A DNA stretch of 44,675 nt from Dehalococcoidales bacterium (GTDB lineage Bacteria; Chloroflexota; Dehalococcoidia; Dehalococcoidales; RBG-16-60-22), in contig DATKWF010000009.1 in the NCBI GenBank assembly GCA_035529715.1, forward strand, positions 1 through 44,675. The letters run 5' to 3'. The notes under the pieces are model-generated. The model was not told the origin of the DNA and made no database searches. It saw only the letters and a list, made by a program, of their open reading frames with translations. A program made the translations under genes and the position numbers. This document shows, in pieces, positions 1-8,986 of this stretch. Numbering within the stretch: the first letter of the stretch is position 1; every line of letters starts with the position of its first letter.

Positions 1-4
1 CTGG

Positions 5-676
5 TTGATGGCAGGGAAAGATTATTATGAAATCCTCGGGGTTCAGCGGGGTGCTGCCCAGAACACCATTAAGAAAGCCTACCGGAGGCTGGCAATGCAG
101 TATCATCCCGACCGTAATCCCGGGAAAGAAAAATGGGCTAACGAGAAGTTCAAAGAGATAAACGAAGCATTTGGAATTCTCGGCGACCCTGATAAAAGAA
201 GCCAGTATGACCAGTTTGGCACTGTGGGCGACATTGGCGATATTTTTGGCAGTCCTTTCACCCGAACTACCTTTGAAGACCTGATGAAGGACTTTGGCGG
301 CTCTGGCCTGGGATTTGATTTCCTGGACAATATCTTTGGTGACGTCCTGAAAGGCAGAGGGTTCTCTTTTAAGACATACCGTCAGGGTTTTGGTGGCCCC
401 AGAGGAATGAGGGTTGAGTTTCCCGGGGGAGTTAATCTGGGAGAGATATTTGGTCAGCCTCGACGTACCCAGCGTCGGGATGTTCGCTATGAAATAACCA
501 TTACCAGAGAACAGGCGTCTCATGGGCTGGAAAAAGACCTTACCCGAAAGGGTAAAACATTAAGAGTGAAAATCCCTGCCGGAATAAAGTCAGGCCCGAT
601 GATAAGACTCCATAATGCTCGTCAAATAACTGATGGCCGACCTGGAGACATCCTGATTTCAGTTAAAGTAAAATAG
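5..676 (+). CDS. J-domain co-chaperone (short DnaJ/CbpA-like, no zinc-finger domain)
   Basis: DYYEILGV and HPD motif (QYHPDRNP), Gly/Phe-rich linker, single C-terminal beta domain; start TTG at 5 or ATG at 8. Confidence 0.8.
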   Translation: MMAGKDYYEILGVQRGAAQNTIKKAYRRLAMQYHPDRNPGKEKWANEKFKEINEAFGILGDPDKRSQYDQFGTVGDIGDIFGSPFTRTTFEDLMKDFGGSGLGFDFLDNIFGDVLKGRGFSFKTYRQGFGGPRGMRVEFPGGVNLGEIFGQPRRTQRRDVRYEITITREQASHGLEKDLTRKGKTLRVKIPAGIKSGPMIRLHNARQITDGRPGDILISVKVK

Positions 677-693
677 AAATATAAAGGAAGCTC

Positions 694-1566
694 TTGGGCG
701 AGATTAGTCTATGGTCGCTGGGTGGAGTGGGATTGGCTGGCGGTCTTTTAGGCGCTATGCTGGGGCTGGGTGGCGGTGTCTTTATTGTGCCTTTGCTTAC
801 CCTGGTTTTGAACCTTCCTATCCATATTGCCATTGCCAGCAGTTTGGTGGCAGTCATTGCTAACTCAATCACTGCCAGTGGCACTCACCTCCGAGCCAGG
901 TTGCCCAATCTCAGACTCGGTATGTTCTTGTTAACCGCGACCACCATTGGGGCTGTTGGTGGTGCTTTCCTTGCTGACCTTCTGTCCTCTCCGATTTTAG
1001 CCGTTATTTTCGGTATCGCCCTTACTGGCATCGGTTACTCCATGATACGACACCGTAAAACTGTTCAGGGAAAAACTTCAAACGGAGAAGCCCGAGTTAG
1101 CGCCAGCCGTAACTCTGCCAATTTGGCAAGTTCCCTTACCGCATCATATTATGACCGGAATCTAAACAAAGTTGTCAATTATACTGTTAGCCATGTGCCT
1201 CAAGGTTGGGGGATCAACCTGCTGGTTGGTATCGCGTCCAGCCTGCTCGGTGTCGGTGGTGGCATCATTAACATACCGGTGATGAACTTGGTAATGAGAG
1301 TGCCAATAAAAGCGTCTATGGCAACCAATAGTTTTATGGTGGGCATTACGGCATTAGCCGGCGCTTGTGTTTACTATTACAATGGATATGTTTACCCCAT
1401 GACGGCGGCTCCGGTTATGGTTGGCTCCTTTGTCGGAGCTCTGGCAGGTGCCCAACTGGTACAGCGGGCGAGAAGTGCAAGGTTAAGACAGATGTTTGCC
1501 ATCGTTATGCTCATACTGGCGGTTCTAATGATACTCAGGGCATTTAATATCGGGCTGCCAGCATAA
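694..1566 (+). CDS. TSUP (TauE/SafE) family anion exporter permease
   Basis: 290 aa, polytopic, two Gly-rich halves (GLGGGVFIVPLL and LLGVGGGIINIPVM) typical of TSUP proteins. Confidence 0.8.
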   Translation: MGEISLWSLGGVGLAGGLLGAMLGLGGGVFIVPLLTLVLNLPIHIAIASSLVAVIANSITASGTHLRARLPNLRLGMFLLTATTIGAVGGAFLADLLSSPILAVIFGIALTGIGYSMIRHRKTVQGKTSNGEARVSASRNSANLASSLTASYYDRNLNKVVNYTVSHVPQGWGINLLVGIASSLLGVGGGIINIPVMNLVMRVPIKASMATNSFMVGITALAGACVYYYNGYVYPMTAAPVMVGSFVGALAGAQLVQRARSARLRQMFAIVMLILAVLMILRAFNIGLPA

Positions 1567-1580
1567 AAGGAATAATTGAA

Positions 1581-1934
1581 GTGAAAACTACAGGTTCTAC
1601 GGACGACCGATTGTACAAGTGGCTCTATTCTACTTATAGACTGGGTATAGCGTTTGCCTTGTGTGTGGTTGTATTCGGTTTTATTTTACATGGCATTACT
1701 GAAGCAAAATTAACTGACCCCATAGTTCCGCCAAGTCAATTTTTTCATCGCATCTCTCAGTTAGACCCGCTGGCAATTATCACCTTGGGCATACTAATTC
1801 TGGTGCTTATACCCCTTTCCAGTGTCATCCTGGCTGTGGTCAATTTCTTAAGGGGAAAAGATAAGCTTTATCTGGGCATTTCCATAGCCGTTTTATGTGT
1901 TCTGTTTCTCAGCCTTTTCCTGGCCCTGATTTAA
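1581..1934 (+). CDS. DUF1634-like small membrane protein
   Basis: 117 aa, about 3 TM helices, immediately downstream of the TSUP gene, which is the usual pairing for DUF1634; GTG start. Confidence 0.55.
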   Translation: MKTTGSTDDRLYKWLYSTYRLGIAFALCVVVFGFILHGITEAKLTDPIVPPSQFFHRISQLDPLAIITLGILILVLIPLSSVILAVVNFLRGKDKLYLGISIAVLCVLFLSLFLALI

Positions 1935-2053
1935 AAAAACAGTGCGACCTTAAATTCCACGGAACCTTCTAATCCCCTACCCATCCGACGGTCTCTGGGG
2001 ACACGCGCCACTGGTTCACATGAAACATTTGGTGGGATATTGGGAAGATGAGG

Positions 2054-3547
2054 TTATCTGGCTTTTGAAGGCGATAATATATGCCAGAGTCCTCTGAACA
2101 GGGGGATTACCAATATGAGTATGGTTATTCCAATGATTACTGCCGATATCGGGTTGGTGAGGAAAATCATCGCGTCACCGTGGGCAATTGTCAGGCTTCT
2201 TCTGAATTCCTGCTCAAATAATTGTCCCAGCACCAGGCCAATGACTATGGGTGCCAGCGGAAATTTATGCCTCTCCAGTACGTAGCCCATGACTCCGAAG
2301 CCGAAGACCATCCACACATCAGCCATGTTGTTTCGCATAGCAAAGCCCCCCGCCACACACAAAATTATTATAACTGTGCCGAGCACCCCCTGAGGAATCT
2401 GGAAGATTCTGGTAAAAAGACGAATGAATATTGGCGACACAGCGATGATTAGAACGTTAGCAATGATTGCTGTCAGCATTATCGCCCCGACAAAATCAGG
2501 AGACCTGATGAATAGAAAAGGTCCCGGCCTCAGTCCGTGCAGTATGATGGCCGCCAGCATCACCGCCGTGGTGGCACTTCCGGGAATGCCAAGCGAGAGC
2601 ATTGGTATCATGGCTCCCATCGCCGCGGCGTTATTGGCAGTTTCCGGAGCAGCAATCCCTTCGGCTATGCCGGTGCCAAACTTCTCCGGGTGCTTGGAAA
2701 ATCTGGCAGCGGTAGCATAGCTGACAAATGAGGCGGTAGTAGCCCCGACTCCGGGTAGAGCCCCTATCAATAAGCCCAGCGGACCCGACCGCAGGTAGGT
2801 GGGAAGCAACTTTTTTATTTCGCTAAGCCTGGGTATAATTGTTTTTACTTTCTTAACAACTCTGGTTTCGGTAACAGACCCCTGAACCATCCTGATTGCC
2901 TCGGAGACAGCAAATAGCCCCAGAATAGCCGGGATGAATGATACACCGGCAGCAAGAATCGGAACATTAAAAGTATAGCGATACGTTCCGGTGATGATAT
3001 CCATACCAACCGTAGCTAGAAACAGACCAAAGAAGGAACACAGTAATCCCTTAAGCCTGTTGCCACCACCTATGGTGGCTACTGCCACCATAGTGAAAAA
3101 TATCAGGGCGAATACTTCCGGGGAACCGAACTCTAGAGCTACCCTGGCTAATTGGGGCGCGGCAGCGAGGAATACTATGGCACCGAATGTCCCGCCGAGG
3201 AATGAGGCGAACATAGCATGGCCCAGTGCCTGGTGGGGCTTTCCCTGTCTGGTCATTTCATATCCATCCAGCACGGTGGCGGCTGCCTCAGGGGCACCCG
3301 GTGTCCGGAACAGCACCGCAGTAATGGAGCCAGAGAATACGGCGGTGGCATAAATCGCTGTCATCAGCACCAGGGCAGTCGTAGAGTTTAATCCAAAGGT
3401 AAGAGGGAGCAGTATAGCCACCATCATGGTGCCACTGATGCCCGGAGTAGCGCCGGCCATAAGCCCAATGAACACTCCAGCCAGGAGCCAGCCGATATTC
3501 GCTGGCGTAAAGAGTGTCTGAGCTCCTAGAGTAATGAGATCAAGCAT
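2054..3547 (-). CDS. tctA: tripartite tricarboxylate transporter large permease TctA
   Basis: 497 aa polytopic protein, Gly-rich TctA-like segments, in tctC-tctB-tctA order on the minus strand. Confidence 0.85.
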   Translation of the reverse strand: MLDLITLGAQTLFTPANIGWLLAGVFIGLMAGATPGISGTMMVAILLPLTFGLNSTTALVLMTAIYATAVFSGSITAVLFRTPGAPEAAATVLDGYEMTRQGKPHQALGHAMFASFLGGTFGAIVFLAAAPQLARVALEFGSPEVFALIFFTMVAVATIGGGNRLKGLLCSFFGLFLATVGMDIITGTYRYTFNVPILAAGVSFIPAILGLFAVSEAIRMVQGSVTETRVVKKVKTIIPRLSEIKKLLPTYLRSGPLGLLIGALPGVGATTASFVSYATAARFSKHPEKFGTGIAEGIAAPETANNAAAMGAMIPMLSLGIPGSATTAVMLAAIILHGLRPGPFLFIRSPDFVGAIMLTAIIANVLIIAVSPIFIRLFTRIFQIPQGVLGTVIIILCVAGGFAMRNNMADVWMVFGFGVMGYVLERHKFPLAPIVIGLVLGQLFEQEFRRSLTIAHGDAMIFLTNPISAVIIGITILILVIPLFRGLWHILSPSKAR

Positions 3548-3554
3548 CGTCGCC

Positions 3555-4067
3555 TCAAAAAATCAAAAAGCTAATTTCTCTAAATATGCCGATGCCTCTG
3601 GGCAGCGGAATCAGCATTAGTTTGGGGAACACCACTATCATGAACGCTGAGAAGATAACGGTAGCGCCAATCAGCCACCTCCAGCGCCGCATGCCGATAG
3701 CCAGCATATAAGCAGCAACCCAGATAGGCGTCAGCACAATAAAACCGACTATTTCCAGCAGGAAGGCATAGACCAGCATAAAGGCAATTGTTATCCACAG
3801 GTTCTGCGGGTTAGCTGGCCTTTCGAATTCCGACAAACCGCCCTCCTTTACCTCAGTGTAAATCAGCCACAAACTGAAAACCATTATGAAGGCGGTACAA
3901 ATCTTGGGGAATAAATCGGGACCTACTCCCTGCCTCATCATGACAAAGGCGCCGCGAAATTCAAATGCCAGATAAAAGAAATAAGCACTGGCTATGAGGA
4001 AAGAGAGGGGAACCAGTAATTCCCCCCTCCTTCCCAGATTTGACAGGTATCGCTTCAAGACTTTCAT
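3555..4067 (-). CDS. tctB: tripartite tricarboxylate transporter small permease TctB
   Basis: 170 aa, about 4 TM, between tctC and tctA; call rests on position and size. Confidence 0.6.
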   Translation of the reverse strand: MKVLKRYLSNLGRRGELLVPLSFLIASAYFFYLAFEFRGAFVMMRQGVGPDLFPKICTAFIMVFSLWLIYTEVKEGGLSEFERPANPQNLWITIAFMLVYAFLLEIVGFIVLTPIWVAAYMLAIGMRRWRWLIGATVIFSAFMIVVFPKLMLIPLPRGIGIFREISFLIF

Positions 4068-4091
4068 ATTTTGGTGTAATACTTTCCTGAT

Positions 4092-5096
4092 TTACATGTA
4101 ACCCAGCTCTTTTAGAACTGCCTCAAACTCTTTTACCTGGTCCGCGCACTGCTGGGTATAGGTAGCGCGGTTACCCCAGCCCGGCCTGAGGTTGAGAAAG
4201 TGCTCTGCCTCCCACGTCTGGTAATACTCACTGTTATATGCCTGTTGGAATACACCTTCCATAAAGCTGACTATGGCTTCATCGGTTCCGGCTTTAAACA
4301 TAAAGCCTCTGATTCTGCCTACTGTTATTTCGCCGTAGCCCATTTCAGCCGCAGTGGGTACATCCTCAAAGCCCAGAACGCGTGCCGTAGCCATAGTTAT
4401 TATTGGCTCCACCTCTCCAGCCTCTATCAGCTCAATGGCACTTCCCGGCTCTTCCCAGCAGGCGTCAAGGTCAAGGGCAACAACCGCAGCACGCATTGTA
4501 CCTGCACCTTCGTATGTGACATAGTCAAGGTTCTCCAAGAAACCGGCGCCCATGGCAAACTGGGTTACGCCTATCTCATCAAGCCCACCGGCTCCAGTCC
4601 CGCCGATAGCTACCCGGTTCGCTTTGGCATAGGCTACAAACTCTGCAAGGTTGGAGAAGTTCGGGTTTTTGGTGCTTATCTGAATCTGGCCGGTGTCCTG
4701 CTGAGCTCTGGCAAAGGGGATATAATCTTCTATGGTGTTCGGGTTCCTTCCCACCAGCAGGTTAATTGGCAGGTCACCGCTGGTACCCAGAATGGTGTAG
4801 CCATCAGCTGGCTGCTTGAGCAGATAATCTTCGGCGATGGCACCTGAGCCACCGGGAAGATTAACATAAGCCATTCTCATCTGAATGATGTCCTCCACGG
4901 GCTTCCCCACGGAGCGGCATGCCAAATCGGTGCCACCACCGGCTCCGTAACCGATGATTATGGTTATCGGTCGGTCTGGGTAGCCTTCCGGTCCGGCGGC
5001 TGGTGCTGGTGCCGGTGCTTCTTTCGCACAACTAATAGCCGTCAGGCTTACAATTAACAACAATACCAGTGAGATTAGCCATATCGTCTTTTTCAC
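4092..5096 (-). CDS. tctC: TctC/Bug-family periplasmic solute-binding lipoprotein
   Basis: Signal peptide with lipobox-like LTAISC, short Ala-Pro linker, Bug-like core (IIIGYGAGGGTD); GTG start preceded by AAGGAGG. Confidence 0.8.
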   Translation of the reverse strand: MKKTIWLISLVLLLIVSLTAISCAKEAPAPAPAAGPEGYPDRPITIIIGYGAGGGTDLACRSVGKPVEDIIQMRMAYVNLPGGSGAIAEDYLLKQPADGYTILGTSGDLPINLLVGRNPNTIEDYIPFARAQQDTGQIQISTKNPNFSNLAEFVAYAKANRVAIGGTGAGGLDEIGVTQFAMGAGFLENLDYVTYEGAGTMRAAVVALDLDACWEEPGSAIELIEAGEVEPIITMATARVLGFEDVPTAAEMGYGEITVGRIRGFMFKAGTDEAIVSFMEGVFQQAYNSEYYQTWEAEHFLNLRPGWGNRATYTQQCADQVKEFEAVLKELGYM

Positions 5097-5175
5097 CTTT
5101 GTGCCTCCTTATGATTCAAAATCCGGCCGTTGTTCACCACCCTTTTATATTCTTATGAGGCACCACCTCCCCTTA

Positions 5176-5215
5176 CCATAAAATAAAAACCGACCCCATC
5201 CATCTGGGTCGGTTT
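5176..5215 (-). terminator. intrinsic terminator or attenuator hairpin upstream of tctC
   Basis: Minus strand AAACCGACCC (9-nt loop) GGGTCGGTTT, a 10-bp stem, followed by TTATTTTAT. Confidence 0.6.
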
Positions 5216-5391
5216 CACTATTGGCTCTTCGCCACTCAAGTGACCAAATACGGGTGGCGATTCAACGCCCCCCATTTGGATATTTCTGCAGTTGGTTTTG
5301 GCTAATCTTCGTCTTCTACCGGCAGTTTACTCCTCATATCTTTATTATTTCCAGTAACAGTCACATACCATTTCAAGTAGATTGTATTGAG

Positions 5392-5420
5392 ACTATATAT
5401 GATGGGAGTTCAGATGTCAA
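5392..5420 (-). promoter_or_regulatory. near-consensus sigma70-type promoter
   Basis: Minus strand TTGACA (5420..5415), 17-nt spacer, TATAGT (5397..5392); lies between the stop of the 207-aa gene and the tct leader. Confidence 0.4.
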
Positions 5421-5446
5421 TACCCTAAATTGATTTGGATTCAGTT

Positions 5447-6070
5447 TTATTGCACGGCTGCCCTTGTTAACAGCTCTGCAGCCCGGTTGGGATTGAATAT
5501 ACCGCACTCACATGTCTTGGCCAGCTTCTTAGCGGCTTTCTCGGGAGTGGTCTTGCCCTTCTTTATGTCCTCAATCATTTTCTCAACCAGGTTGGTTGCT
5601 ACCATGGCATGTCCACACATGGTGGTTATCTCCAGCACCTCTTTGCCGGGCAGGAGTTCGGTCTTTCCCCAGACTCCCAGGGACTGGTCCATCGAGTGAA
5701 TCTGTAGCCCCACTTTCTGGCAACATTCCCCTACCCTGTCAATAAGTCCGCTGACCACCACCGACATACCCAGGTCTGCCTCCTTCAACTCACGAAGAGC
5801 CGCTCCCAGCTTGTTTATGTCATCAAAAACGCACTGGACACAAGTAGTATCCGATACATTTTTACATATCTGCTCTGCATCATAGGTAAATACACTGCCC
5901 TGCTTGATATCACCCAGGTTAACCGCACCGTGGCGCCAGCAAATTTCCAGGAATTTTCCCAGTTTGGATCCAGCCCCTCTCTCGTTGATGCCATGAGCAG
6001 CCATCGCCAATATCGGGTAATCACGACTTAGATTCTCCCTGGTTCCCTGACGATGAAGAGTATGTGTCAT
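5447..6070 (-). CDS. conserved Cys-rich hypothetical protein, 207 aa (paralog A, solo copy)
   Basis: Gapless 159/207 aa identity (hand count) to ORF 11405..12028, including many synonymous differences, so it is a real coding gene; GGAGG 8 nt upstream of the ATG. Confidence 0.8.
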   Translation of the reverse strand: MTHTLHRQGTRENLSRDYPILAMAAHGINERGAGSKLGKFLEICWRHGAVNLGDIKQGSVFTYDAEQICKNVSDTTCVQCVFDDINKLGAALRELKEADLGMSVVVSGLIDRVGECCQKVGLQIHSMDQSLGVWGKTELLPGKEVLEITTMCGHAMVATNLVEKMIEDIKKGKTTPEKAAKKLAKTCECGIFNPNRAAELLTRAAVQ

Positions 6071-6129
6071 TAATATACCTCCTCAAATCTAAAAAGTCCC
6101 CTCTTTGAGGGCTTCAACTGAAACTGACT
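6070..6129 (-). pseudogene. possible decayed 3' stub of a ferredoxin-domain gene (homolog of 10668..11405)
   Basis: Minus-strand frame reads ..KPSKRGLFRFEEVY-stop versus the intact gene end ..RPNSKNNVGLGRPLFKFEEVE-stop; the same TAATG stop/start overlap with the 207-aa gene; 18/23 nt identical just upstream of the ATG. Confidence 0.4.
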
Positions 6130-6153
6130 TAATATTATAAACGACCAGGCGGC

Positions 6154-6996
6154 TTGTTTTCAAAGTTTGACGATGTTAAACTCCAAGAAGTATTGGGTAT
6201 GATTGTGACTGATTTACCTTTATCAAAAAGCGGTAAGAGTGCTCTTGAAGTAGCTACGGGGGCAGTTAAACAGGCCGGAGAGCTTCTGCTAGCCCATTTG
6301 CATAGTAATAAACGGATAAAGGCTAAGGACAAAAACCATCCGGTTACTGATGTAGACATCCTCTCGGAAAAGGCTATAACCAAGTTCCTGACTGATGAAT
6401 ACCCTGGTTTCGGCATTCTTTCTGAGGAATTGGCACCTTTTACTCCAGTCACAGGTTATACTTGGGTAGTTGACCCTCTGGCGGGCACCAGCAATTATAT
6501 TTTGGGTATCCCGTTTTTTTGTATAAATGTCGCCTTGGTCAAAGATGGGGATATCCGGCTGGGGATAACCTACGATCCGGTAAGAGATGAGCTTTTTCGG
6601 GCAGAAAGGGGCAAGGGAGCTTATCTTAACGACTCGCCTGTCCATGTTTCCGAGAAAGCTTTGCTGAAAACTGCTCTGCTGAGTTTTGACCCTGGCTATG
6701 GTCATATTCAGGGTAAGAAGCTGCTTAACCTTGTCGCCAGCTTATGGCCGGAGGTGCACGGCCTGAGGTCTTTAGGCTCGGCGTCTGTGTCCTTAGCCTA
6801 TGTTGCCTGCGGTCGGTTTGACCTTTATGTTCGCAGTTACCTTTACCCCTGGGATATTGCCAGTGGTATCTTACTGGTTGAGGAAGCCGGCGGCAAAGTC
6901 ACTGATTGGCAGGGAAAACCGGCAGGTCTCCAAAGCAAGGAGATTATTGCTGCGAACCACAAGCTTCATCAAAAGTGGTTAAATCAGATGGAATAG
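6154..6996 (+). CDS. inositol monophosphatase family phosphatase (SuhB-like)
   Basis: Motifs ILSEE, WVVDPLAGTSNY, WDIASG; TTG at 6154, alternative ATG at 6199. Confidence 0.85.
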   Translation: MFSKFDDVKLQEVLGMIVTDLPLSKSGKSALEVATGAVKQAGELLLAHLHSNKRIKAKDKNHPVTDVDILSEKAITKFLTDEYPGFGILSEELAPFTPVTGYTWVVDPLAGTSNYILGIPFFCINVALVKDGDIRLGITYDPVRDELFRAERGKGAYLNDSPVHVSEKALLKTALLSFDPGYGHIQGKKLLNLVASLWPEVHGLRSLGSASVSLAYVACGRFDLYVRSYLYPWDIASGILLVEEAGGKVTDWQGKPAGLQSKEIIAANHKLHQKWLNQME

Positions 6997-7023
6997 ACAA
7001 TGGCTTTAAGTGCTCTTCGGGTG

Positions 7024-8604
7024 CTATCTGGCTAGTTTTACAGTTAGTGCTTTATACATATCGGGTATAGCCAGTATTTGTTGGTGGCACTCTTCAGTAA
7101 GCGGTTCATCCAGGCAAAGCGCCATCATTGCTCTGCCAGCAGTTTGCCCACCTCGACTCACCTGCATCTGGCTGATATTTATACCGGCATTACCAATTAA
7201 GGTGCCCACCGCTCCAATCATCCCCGGGCGGTCTTTATGTTCGGTGAACAGCATGTAGCTATCTGAAGGTTCAACTTCCAGCCAGTAATCGTTAACCCTC
7301 GTCAGATGCATCCTCCCCCGAAGTGAAGACCCGGCCACCAGGGTATCCCCGGAAGTGGTATGTACCTCTACCGCCAGCATATTGGCGTAGTTTTCACAAG
7401 TAGTGTCTTTTTCTTCAGTAATCTTAAGACCGCGGTTTTTAGCAACAATATCAGCGTTAACTATGGTAACTCGCTCTTCAGTTAATGTTTCCAGCAAGCC
7501 ACTCAAGACAGAAACTTTGAGAGGGGCAGTATCTTCCTTAGCGATATCCCCCTGATAGTGAATGGTCAGCGATTTCAAATGCCCTCCAATGAGTTGCGCA
7601 GCGACAAGTCCAATCTTTACACCTACGTCAAGGTATGGATTTAATATTGAGATGACCTCTGCCGGAATCATTGGCGCATTCACCGGAGACCTAGGGGGAT
7701 AACCCTTCAGAACTTCAACTACCTGTGCGGCAATATCCACGCCAGCACTTGTTTCAGCTTCATTTGTAGAGGCTGCCAGGTGTGGTGTCACAATTACCTT
7801 TTCACTCTTTAACAAGATATTGTCCTGGGCCGGTTCCTTGGTAAAAACGTCGACGGCTGCACCAGCTAAACAGCCCTGTTCAAGTGCGTTGTAGAGTGCT
7901 TTCTCATCTATTATGCCTCCTCGGGCGCAGTTGATAATCATGGCTGTTGGCTTTAATAGCTTGAGCTGGTCCATACCAATTAATCCCCTTGTGGTGGGAT
8001 TCAGCGGTACATGTACCGTTATGAAGTCTGACTCTGTCAGCAGTGTTTCCAGCTCTACCAATCGCACCCCCAGCCTCTCAGCACGATTCTCCGATATCAT
8101 CGGGTCGTAAGCCACAACATTCATGCGCAGCCCCTTAGCCATCTCGGCAACTTCGGTGCCTACCCTGCCGAGTCCGAGAATGCCCAGGACTTTATTGCGA
8201 ATCTCACAGCCTTTATATGAGCGATTCCAGACTCCAGTACGAAGCTGACTATGTGCTTTAGGGATGTGACGAGCCAGAGCTAGTAACATGGCTATGGTGT
8301 ACTCGGCGGTAGAGACTATGTTCCCTTCCGGTGAATTAACTACAAGTATGCCGCGACGGGTAGCCGCATCAAGGTCAATATTATCCACTCCAACCCCAGC
8401 CCGGCCTATCACCTGCAGGTTACCGGCAGCCTCAATGATGTTGCTGGTTACCTTGGTCTGACTGCGCACTATCAAGGCATCATAGTGCCCGACAATTGCT
8501 TGCAACTGCTCTGGGGTCAAAGCCGGCTGAACATCAACATCAGCATACTGTTCTAGAATCTCTAGGCCCGCAGAAGCTATCGGGTCTGTAACCAAAATCT
8601 TCAT
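7024..8604 (-). CDS. serA: D-3-phosphoglycerate dehydrogenase, long form with C-terminal ACT domain
   Basis: 526 aa, NAD-binding GILGLGRVG, 2-hydroxyacid dehydrogenase core, C-terminal regulatory extension. Confidence 0.9.
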   Translation of the reverse strand: MKILVTDPIASAGLEILEQYADVDVQPALTPEQLQAIVGHYDALIVRSQTKVTSNIIEAAGNLQVIGRAGVGVDNIDLDAATRRGILVVNSPEGNIVSTAEYTIAMLLALARHIPKAHSQLRTGVWNRSYKGCEIRNKVLGILGLGRVGTEVAEMAKGLRMNVVAYDPMISENRAERLGVRLVELETLLTESDFITVHVPLNPTTRGLIGMDQLKLLKPTAMIINCARGGIIDEKALYNALEQGCLAGAAVDVFTKEPAQDNILLKSEKVIVTPHLAASTNEAETSAGVDIAAQVVEVLKGYPPRSPVNAPMIPAEVISILNPYLDVGVKIGLVAAQLIGGHLKSLTIHYQGDIAKEDTAPLKVSVLSGLLETLTEERVTIVNADIVAKNRGLKITEEKDTTCENYANMLAVEVHTTSGDTLVAGSSLRGRMHLTRVNDYWLEVEPSDSYMLFTEHKDRPGMIGAVGTLIGNAGINISQMQVSRGGQTAGRAMMALCLDEPLTEECHQQILAIPDMYKALTVKLAR

Positions 8605-8713
8605 CTTTCAGCCATCATCCCTTTTCGAGCATATAGCTATTTTATACTTTGTGCAATTGCTATGGCCTGACGGTGGCGGCTGTCAGGTAGAGAATATGAC
8701 AACCTGCAGTCGC

Positions 8714-8758
8714 TTGTCAAACTCTAGGTTTGACAGGAGAGTCAAGATATGTTAGACT
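8714..8758 (+). promoter_or_regulatory. palindromic operator overlapping a candidate promoter
   Basis: TGTCAAAC (8715..8722), 5-nt spacer, GTTTGACA (8728..8735), a perfect 8-bp inverted repeat; the right arm contains TTGACA (8730..8735), then 17 nt, then TAGACT (8753..8758). Confidence 0.4.
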
Positions 8759-8986
8759 GAACTTCGGTGCTGGGCAGTAGATGCCCTGTGTAAAGATTGA
8801 AAAGGATTTCACCTTTAAGGCCTAGTTTCATGATAGGTTTTGTCTGGAATATGGGTAAAACCATAACCTCAAGTTTCGTCAGGAGTTCAGGGTAGTTAAT
8901 AATTCAAACCAGTTATCTTGGTGGGATAGTTTTGCCACCGGTGGGTAAACGGGGGAAAAATTACAGAGTGAAAAGGAGAACATATA

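Noticed and set aside
2222-3353. Several plus-strand ORFs (76-120 aa) inside tctA, and similar antisense ORFs such as 4200..4847, 13419..13856, 25622..26797, 28428..29118, 30122..31206 and 36807..37292
   Set aside because: All lie antisense to or out of frame within long, well-supported genes, have no RBS or recognisable motifs, and look like shadow ORFs
5221-5300. Possible second M42 3' remnant downstream of the solo 207-aa paralog, mirroring the one after paralog B
   Set aside because: Only a 7-nt exact match (TGACCAA), and a poor alignment afterwards when compared by hand
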